41,439 bases of DNA from Spirochaetaceae bacterium. Its GTDB lineage: Bacteria; Spirochaetota; Spirochaetia; SZUA-6; Fen-1364. Below are positions 36,041-41,439 of the stretch, one piece after another. Numbering within the stretch: position 1 is the stretch's first letter; every line of letters begins with the position of its first letter. The position numbers and the translations under genes were made by a program. The notes below the pieces were generated by a model, which was not told the DNA's origin, ran no database searches, and saw nothing but the letters and a program-made list of their open reading frames with translations. The DNA lies in contig PMZS01000372.1 of the NCBI GenBank assembly GCA_003170115.1, positions 1 to 41,439 on the forward strand, in the 5' to 3' direction.

Positions 36041-37210
36041 CTATACTGTGGAACTTGCTTTTTGCTTCCTTTTCTTTCCCAGGAGCTTTCTGATAAATGG
36101 GACCCTGAGTTCGACCGCGCCTTCGGGACACAGCTCCTGGCAGCAATAGCAACGGATGCAGCGTTCGTAACGATAGGACGGAGGGACTTTCTTGTCTCCG
36201 TCATGCCAGTCCACGGCTTTCGGATTGACCGGGCAAGCTTTCACGCATGTCCCGCACTTCGTGCATTTCCCAGCGAGGATGTAAGGTTTCGGAACAATGG
36301 CATTCCGGAGAAGAGTGCCGCCCTTACCTCGTGAATAGGGTTGGACCGGCTCCCGCTTGACATCGAATTCCTTATCAACAAAACTTTCAAACGGATCGCC
36401 CACGAGTTCGATTTCGTCTTTCTTCCAAGTTCCTGTCTTTGCCTGCATCCCAAGGGTAATCGTGGGAACGAATTCAGGGTTGATGTCGATCATTCTGCAG
36501 ACCGTTGCGTCCAAAGCGACAGGATCTGCTGAGAATAATAGAACCTTCATCGGTCTTGCCTTGCCGCCTCTAGGCCCATTGCCTTCCATGGCGATGATGC
36601 CGTCCATGACGTACAATCTCGGTTTGAGGAACGCGTTGAGGTCCACGAGCATTCTGGCAAAATCGATGGCGCTGGCGAGCTTGACGTGGAATTCGCCCTT
36701 CAGAGCTCCTGGCACGCATCCAAACTGGTTCTTGACACAGCCCGTCACGCGCTCAAGTCCATGGGTCTTCAGCTTGGGCAGGCTGATGATGCCGTCACAA
36801 TCAAGTGCGCCATTTGCAATAACGAATTTCTTGTTCTGAAGGCCTTCGGCAAAAACAATCTCTTTTCCCAGCTTGAAATCCGCCAAACTGACCCCTTCGG
36901 CATTGGCTATCGGCAGGAAGCCGGCCATCCTGGCCGCATGTTCCGGACTCTGGATGGAAGGTGAATCCCCGTAGAACAACGTCGCGCCTGTGGTCTTGAA
37001 GATCTCGACCATGGCTTTGAAGACCATCGGATGCGTGACGGTGAGCTTTTCCGGAGGGTCTGCCACGAGCCAATTCGGCTTGAAAAGGATTTTTTCACCT
37101 GATCTGGCGAACATGCCAGGACCTCCCAGCAGGTCGATGCCCTTCTGGACAGCAGGTCTGACGTTTTCATATTCGTAGTTTTCACATCTGGCGAGCGCGA
37201 CCGTTGACAT
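36041..37210 (-). CDS. DUF362 domain protein with C-terminal 2x[4Fe-4S] ferredoxin domain
   Basis: ILFKPNWLVADPPEKLTVTHP, LPKLKTHGLERVTGCVKNQFGC and MDGIIAMEGNGP are DUF362 hallmarks. C-terminal CTKCGTCVKACP and CIRCYCCQELCP. ATG 37210 has GGAGG 6 nt upstream (preferred over GTG 37243). Confidence 0.85.
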   Translation of the reverse strand: MSTVALARCENYEYENVRPAVQKGIDLLGGPGMFARSGEKILFKPNWLVADPPEKLTVTHPMVFKAMVEIFKTTGATLFYGDSPSIQSPEHAARMAGFLPIANAEGVSLADFKLGKEIVFAEGLQNKKFVIANGALDCDGIISLPKLKTHGLERVTGCVKNQFGCVPGALKGEFHVKLASAIDFARMLVDLNAFLKPRLYVMDGIIAMEGNGPRGGKARPMKVLLFSADPVALDATVCRMIDINPEFVPTITLGMQAKTGTWKKDEIELVGDPFESFVDKEFDVKREPVQPYSRGKGGTLLRNAIVPKPYILAGKCTKCGTCVKACPVNPKAVDWHDGDKKVPPSYRYERCIRCYCCQELCPEGAVELRVPFIRKLLGKKRKQKASSTV

Positions 37211-37605
37211 AGCAGCCTCCATCTCGAAAGATTGAGCAGCCACGGAGTTTGAATTGATGCGAGGCTTAATGACGATTTCTGATATTCCGCGTGCGCCCCA
37301 AACCCGACTGGACGGCGCTTGCGGTCTTTGCGTGAGCGCACAGCCTTGCTATGACGTTATTCTTCAGACTATCGAAATTTCCTAATCCCCGCAATCCCTT
37401 GACAAGTCGGCAGATTCACGCCGCGCTGTTGAGCGTGGAGAAAGCGGGAACATGCAGGATTTGCCGGGCCAGAAATAGAGCCTGATACGGACTGCCTGAT
37501 GGGAGCCCTCGCCACCGGCAGAGACCAACTGAATATCCCCTCGCCTTATGAAAATTTCCAGGCCCAGGGCCCGAATCAGTTCGTGGAACCATGATTCACC
37601 AATGG

Positions 37606-37646
37606 GGCATGAGACAAAGCACTTGGGTGCACCCAAGGCACATGCC
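37606..37646. other. Nested palindrome / stem-loop downstream of the nitroreductase-family gene
   Basis: Perfect 16-bp palindrome cttgggtgcacccaag (37622-37637), nested between ggcatg (37606-37611) and catgcc (37641-37646). No U-tract, so terminator function is uncertain. Confidence 0.4.
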
Positions 37647-37680
37647 GAAATATGTCCACCGAAACGGCGTAACCCCAGGC

Positions 37681-38334
37681 TTACTGCGTGTAGCCCAGCT
37701 GCATGATGAACAGAGGCATTTCTTCCTTGGGAAGCTTTGCCGCTTCAACTACAGCGGCCGGATTCAGGTTGTACATGACGATCGAAGCGAGCTTGAGGCC
37801 GGCGGCCACCAGCCCGATGTTTTCGGCTCCGTAGCTTGCCGTTCCCATGGCCATTTCCCTGCCCGCGGCGGGGTTGCCCTTGACGAACACGGGAAGCCTG
37901 GTGGAGTCGTAGGTGAAGAGCACCATGAACGCCGAGGTGGCAATGTTTTCACTTGTGACGCTTCCACGAGCATCCTTCGTGGAAACCTGCTTCAAGAGGT
38001 TGATCTCCGGGAGATAGCGATACACCCCCTTGGCGGTCATCACAAAGAGGTTGACATAATTCACATCTCCCGAGACAGGGTAGGTCCCACCCGCTTTGGA
38101 AGCCGCGGAGACCGCATCGGTGGTTGCCTTCAGACCGTTCCCTGCCCAGACGATAGTTGAAAGATCCGCGACCGGCACATCACGCTTTACGAAAGCTCGC
38201 GCGGCAACCCGCGCCCTGACAGCATCGAGGACGTCGAGGCCCAGCTTTGCCGGCGGCTTGCTCAAGCCGATGTCCTGGCTGAAGAGAACCGTCGCGCTCA
38301 TCGTCAATACCAGGGCCAGGAAACTCTTCTTCAT
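37681..38334 (-). CDS. Nitroreductase-family protein with N-terminal signal peptide
   Basis: MKKSFLALVLTMSATVLFSQ signal-like N-terminus. RVAARAFVKRDVPVADLSTIVWAGNG and AMGTASYGAENIGLVAAGLKLASI resemble the nitroreductase/SagB-like fold. AGGAGGA before the ATG. Confidence 0.7.
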   Translation of the reverse strand: MKKSFLALVLTMSATVLFSQDIGLSKPPAKLGLDVLDAVRARVAARAFVKRDVPVADLSTIVWAGNGLKATTDAVSAASKAGGTYPVSGDVNYVNLFVMTAKGVYRYLPEINLLKQVSTKDARGSVTSENIATSAFMVLFTYDSTRLPVFVKGNPAAGREMAMGTASYGAENIGLVAAGLKLASIVMYNLNPAAVVEAAKLPKEEMPLFIMQLGYTQ

Positions 38335-38490
38335 GAAATCCTCCTTCGGGTAACCCGTATATTGAAGATAGTGCGCCCCTCATCAAGTTCCAAGCGCTTC
38401 CGGGAGAGTGTCAATGTTCGCAAGAGGTACCCCTCTTCAGAAGATGGCGTTTTCATTGAAAATGCTGTCGGGGGGAGCGTACGCTCATCG

Positions 38491-38787
38491 TCAGGCATGA
38501 GGGTCGACGCAACGGCCCTTCATCCGGGCCGCACGCCGACCTTTCGAGGTCAAGGTCCAGAGATGCTGCGGGGCTCCCACATGGCATCCGTTCCTCGCGG
38601 CACAGCCGCTGCATCCCGCGGCCTTATTGGCATCGCCCTTGCACGCGAGATCTTGCAGATACCCCAGCTCGGTCAATTGCCTGAGCATCGCCTCCACCTC
38701 GCGTGGACGTACTTCCAGCGCCTGTGCGAGCTCCGTGAGGGCCACCGGCGCGCCGCCTGCCATGAGCGCGAGGAGCTTGCGTATCAT
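38491..38787 (-). CDS. FeoC-like winged-helix protein with Cys-rich tail
   Basis: Sits immediately downstream of feoB (TGAcATG junction). GGAPVALTELAQALEVRPREVEAMLRQLTELGYL is a FeoC-like wHTH, followed by CKGDANKAAGCSGCAARNGCH. Confidence 0.6.
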   Translation of the reverse strand: MIRKLLALMAGGAPVALTELAQALEVRPREVEAMLRQLTELGYLQDLACKGDANKAAGCSGCAARNGCHVGAPQHLWTLTSKGRRAARMKGRCVDPHA

Positions 38788-38788
38788 G

Positions 38789-38890
38789 TCAGAGCAGCCT
38801 CCCCACCTGGTAGATAGAGATGCTGACTGCGAACGACAGTATCGTCATGAGGGCCACGCTGAAGACGGTCCATTTGATGGAGCGCGTTTC
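38789..38890 (-). other. Orphaned 33-codon feoB C-terminal segment, in frame after the TAA stop
   Basis: Continues the feoB frame past TAA (38893-38891) and reads ETRSIKWTVFSVALMTILSFAVSISIYQVGRLL-TGA(38791-38789). This is the conserved last helix and YQ(V/I)G motif of FeoB proteins. Confidence 0.7.
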
Positions 38891-41005
38891 TTAACGGATT
38901 GCGGCGATGGTTCCGACACAGGGCACAAAGAGCATCTGGAAGGCCAGCAATCCGAGTCCGGCAGCCGCGGAGACCACCAAGGGCAGCGCGGTCGAAACAT
39001 TCCCATAGAGAACGGAAAGGGTCGCGACAGTGTTTTCCTTTGCCGCAAAGCTTGCAAGCAGTCCGACAAAAACCTGCCAGGGCAGTCCCATGAGCCGGCT
39101 GACGGGCTGCAGCCATTTTCCGAAAATCCCGAGATAGCTCGTGGTGATATGTCCCGTGGGGAAGTATGAGAGGGCCCAGACGATGAGTGAAGCGATCAGT
39201 ATGATTGATCCCGCTTTGCGCAAGAAACCTACCAGGTTCTGCCATACGTAGATCCCGATGGTTTTCACGTTCGGCAGATGGTACAGAGGAAGCTCCATGA
39301 TGAAGGCGACATGCTCATCCTCGAAGGCGAAGCGATGGAGGAGGAGTCCGAGGACAACCAGGATTGCGAGGTTGCCTCCCACGAGCCCCCAGGTAACCAG
39401 GAAGGCCGAGGAACCAAAGAAGATGGGCGCCAGTATCGCCACTACTGCCATGCGGGCACTACAGGGAACGAAAGGCACCAAAAGAATCGTTTGAATGCGG
39501 GCCTTCTTCGACTCCACGATGCGCGTACCGAGAACAGCGGGCACATTACAGCCGAATCCCAGCAGTATCGGCAGGAAGCTTTTCCCATGAAGGCCCATCA
39601 TGTGCATGATCCTGTCGGTCAGATAGGCGGCGCGCGCCATGTAGCCTGTGTCTTCCAGAAGACCAAGCGCCACATAGAAGACCGCCAGGATAGGGAGGAA
39701 GGTCAGCACCATTCCCAAACCGCCCAATACGCCTCCTGCCAGCAGCTCGACTATCCACGATGGGGAGCCGCCCATCCAGACGCGCACAGCGTCTCCCAGG
39801 CGATGGACGAGATTGCTCAGAAGGGCCTGTATCGGCCCGCCAATCGAAAAGGTCAAGAAGAAAACCCCGCCAAGCAGAAGTACCAGCGCCAGAGTGCCCC
39901 ACGGTGGATGGGTCAGGAAGTGGTCCAGACGCGAAGTACGGCCCATGCGTGATAGGGGAGGTTCCACCACGGCGGCTCGTATCATCCGCCCTATCCACTG
40001 GTAGCGGGCTCCGGCGATATCGAGAACGGCATCCTCGTGCTGATACAACAATGCTCCCACGGCCTTCCAGTTCTCGGCCGGCATGCGCTTCTGCATCAGC
40101 GCGGAAAGCTCTTCGTCTCCTTCCAGGAGCTTCAGCGCGACCCAGTCGGTCGGGTACACTTCCGGAACGTACTCGGCCACCATCTGCTGCAGATTCTCCA
40201 GTTCCGCTTTGTGAACGGGAAGGATCGCCGGCGATTTCGGGTGGTAGTCCGCCGTGTGATTGATCATGCTTTCAATGGCTGCCTTCAGCTCCTCGATTCC
40301 CCTTCCGTGGGAAGCGGCCATGGGAACTACAGGGATGCCCAGGGCTGTCTCGAGCACCTTATATTCGACCTTGATCCTTTCCTTCTCCGCCACGTCCATC
40401 ATGTTGAGTGCCAACAGAACCGGCGTCCGCAGCAGAAGCAGCTCGGCGACAAGATAGAGATTACGCTCGAGGGTCGCCGCATCCACGACGGCGACGACCA
40501 GGCTCGGTTTGGTGCGGAGGATGAAATCCCGGGCAATCAGCTCTTCCTCTGAGTTCGCCGAGAGGGAATACGTGCCGGGAAGGTCGATGACCGTATAGGG
40601 GGTCTGCTTATACGAAAAGGTTCCGCTCTTCTGTTCGACGGTCTTGCCCATCCAGTTGCCAACGTGCTGGCTCATGCCCGTGAGCAGATTGAATACCGTC
40701 GATTTCCCGACGTTTGGTTGGCCCGTAAGCGCGATAGTACAACCGCTTGTCTGGAGAGGCACGATTCTTTCTTCCGCTGTCATGTGGCCGATAGAAATCC
40801 GCGCCGCTTCTCCATACCCCAGGGCGATCTGAGTGCCTCTCAGGCCTACCAACAGGGGTCCGCGGGCGTTCCTTCTCACGACCTTCACCGGCGCTCCGAT
40901 CGTGAAGCCAAGGGCTGCGAGGCGAGCAATCAGATTGCGACCACCTTCCAGTCCTCGCACCCGGCCGGTTTCCCCCGGCCTTAAATCGACGAGTGACTTT
41001 CCCAT
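38891..41005 (-). CDS. feoB: FeoA-FeoB fusion ferrous iron transporter (prematurely terminated relative to family)
   Basis: N-terminal FeoA-like SH3 domain (LVDLRPGETGRVRGLEGG...VKVVRR). G domain GQPNVGKSTVFNLLTG, DLPGTYS, NMMD. Polytopic membrane domain ending ...FVPCVGTIAAIR-TAA. Confidence 0.85.
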   Translation of the reverse strand: MGKSLVDLRPGETGRVRGLEGGRNLIARLAALGFTIGAPVKVVRRNARGPLLVGLRGTQIALGYGEAARISIGHMTAEERIVPLQTSGCTIALTGQPNVGKSTVFNLLTGMSQHVGNWMGKTVEQKSGTFSYKQTPYTVIDLPGTYSLSANSEEELIARDFILRTKPSLVVAVVDAATLERNLYLVAELLLLRTPVLLALNMMDVAEKERIKVEYKVLETALGIPVVPMAASHGRGIEELKAAIESMINHTADYHPKSPAILPVHKAELENLQQMVAEYVPEVYPTDWVALKLLEGDEELSALMQKRMPAENWKAVGALLYQHEDAVLDIAGARYQWIGRMIRAAVVEPPLSRMGRTSRLDHFLTHPPWGTLALVLLLGGVFFLTFSIGGPIQALLSNLVHRLGDAVRVWMGGSPSWIVELLAGGVLGGLGMVLTFLPILAVFYVALGLLEDTGYMARAAYLTDRIMHMMGLHGKSFLPILLGFGCNVPAVLGTRIVESKKARIQTILLVPFVPCSARMAVVAILAPIFFGSSAFLVTWGLVGGNLAILVVLGLLLHRFAFEDEHVAFIMELPLYHLPNVKTIGIYVWQNLVGFLRKAGSIILIASLIVWALSYFPTGHITTSYLGIFGKWLQPVSRLMGLPWQVFVGLLASFAAKENTVATLSVLYGNVSTALPLVVSAAAGLGLLAFQMLFVPCVGTIAAIR

Positions 41006-41091
41006 GAGAAATCCTTATCGCATGCGACCCGCTGCCCGCGGAGGGCATCCTCGGAATAAAAGGCGAGGAATCCTTACAGGTAGTACAGGAA

Positions 41092-41325
41092 TTGGGGTTT
41101 GCAAATATCGCGATAGCTACCATAGCCACCGTCAGCATATTCAGCGTTACCTGGATAATGCCTTCGGCGATCGCAGGATGGGTGTTCTACGGATGTGCTG
41201 GAGTCAGTCATCTGGCCCGGGGCAAGAGGAACGCACTGGAGAACACAGCCTTGGTGTCGGACCTGTTCCTGTTCGCGGTCTTGTCGGTGTACATCATCGT
41301 GGAGGGTGTATCCCTGTCCCGGTGA
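41092..41325 (+). CDS. Possible small membrane protein (hypothetical)
   Basis: 77-codon ORF with hydrophobic segments (IAIATIATVSIFSVTWIM, LVSDLFLFAVLSVYIIV) and GC-rich third positions. TTG start with poor SD. An overlapping antisense ORF also exists. Confidence 0.25.
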   Translation: MGFANIAIATIATVSIFSVTWIMPSAIAGWVFYGCAGVSHLARGKRNALENTALVSDLFLFAVLSVYIIVEGVSLSR

Positions 41326-41439
41326 GAGGAGCGCGATCAATATTCCGGCAATCGGACAGAATACGGAGAATGGGACCGACGCCGGCGGCAACGTCGATTA
41401 ATGGGAAGCGATCCTGTAGGTTGGGTCAAGGAGCGTGAA

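Noticed and set aside
37382-37636. 84-codon ORF (-) in the long intergenic gap, and the 120-codon ORF 16181..16543 (-) downstream of the flavodoxin-like gene.
   Set aside because: No SD and no recognisable motifs. Composition is typical of random GC-rich frames, and one overlaps a palindromic element. Not reported as CDS.
38891-38893. TAA in feoB as evidence for a reassigned stop codon or alternative genetic code.
   Set aside because: TAA terminates the DHDPS-like gene at 4970-4972 at the position expected from family length. All other genes end sensibly with TAA, TAG or TGA. A point mutation, sequencing error or local readthrough is more parsimonious.
1-41439. Searched by eye for CRISPR repeats, tRNA/rRNA signatures (T-loop GGTTCGAATCC-like), transposase/integrase/recombinase ORFs, terminal inverted repeats, toxin-antitoxin pairs and known defence-system proteins.
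   Set aside because: None found. The only repeats are short, local and intergenic (13-nt tandem at 29464-29489, palindromes listed above). GGTTCGA-like strings occur only inside well-supported CDS.

Overview
GC-rich (by eye) bacterial chromosomal window. I call about 40 protein-coding genes or gene remnants. I found no rRNA, tRNA, CRISPR array, transposase, integrase or phage genes. Gene content (sigma-54 regulator, NifX-like/DUF5320 genes, DsrE2/TusA, DsrMK-like module, rubredoxin fusions, DUF362, FeoAB) suggests an anaerobe; this is inference only. Positions 1-16.3 kb form a carbohydrate/sugar-acid utilisation island. It holds two periplasmic sugar-binding proteins, one complete ABC importer, five SDR oxidoreductases, an enolase-superfamily dehydratase, a DHDPS-family aldolase, a 2-hydroxyacid dehydrogenase, an epimerase, an RpiR regulator and two poorly characterised genes. 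Positions 16.7-41 kb form a redox/metal/sulfur mosaic. (i) A PAS/sigma-54 activator sits next to a well-formed sigma-54 promoter that drives a NifX-like/DUF5320/MBL-fold cluster of unknown function. (ii) There is a P3A-type P-ATPase, a cytochrome P460 and a two-CXXC protein disulfide oxidoreductase. (iii) A compact ArsR-DsrE2-TusA-NarI/DsrM-like-HdrD/DsrK-like operon is my best candidate for an undescribed system, namely a sulfur relay coupled to a membrane quinone-linked Fe-S reductase. (iv) There is a ROK/NagB-like/DegT amino-sugar cluster. (v) There is a double-rubredoxin-FAD oxidoreductase, a DUF362-ferredoxin, a signal-peptide nitroreductase-family protein and feoAB-feoC. The right half also carries many independent gene lesions: a peroxiredoxin with an internal deletion, decayed LysR and YeiH-family remnants, a frameshifted and N-terminally unrecognisable M20 peptidase, an ADH N-terminal fragment, and an in-frame TAA in feoB. 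All family assignments come from motif and sequence recognition by eye. No database search was run.
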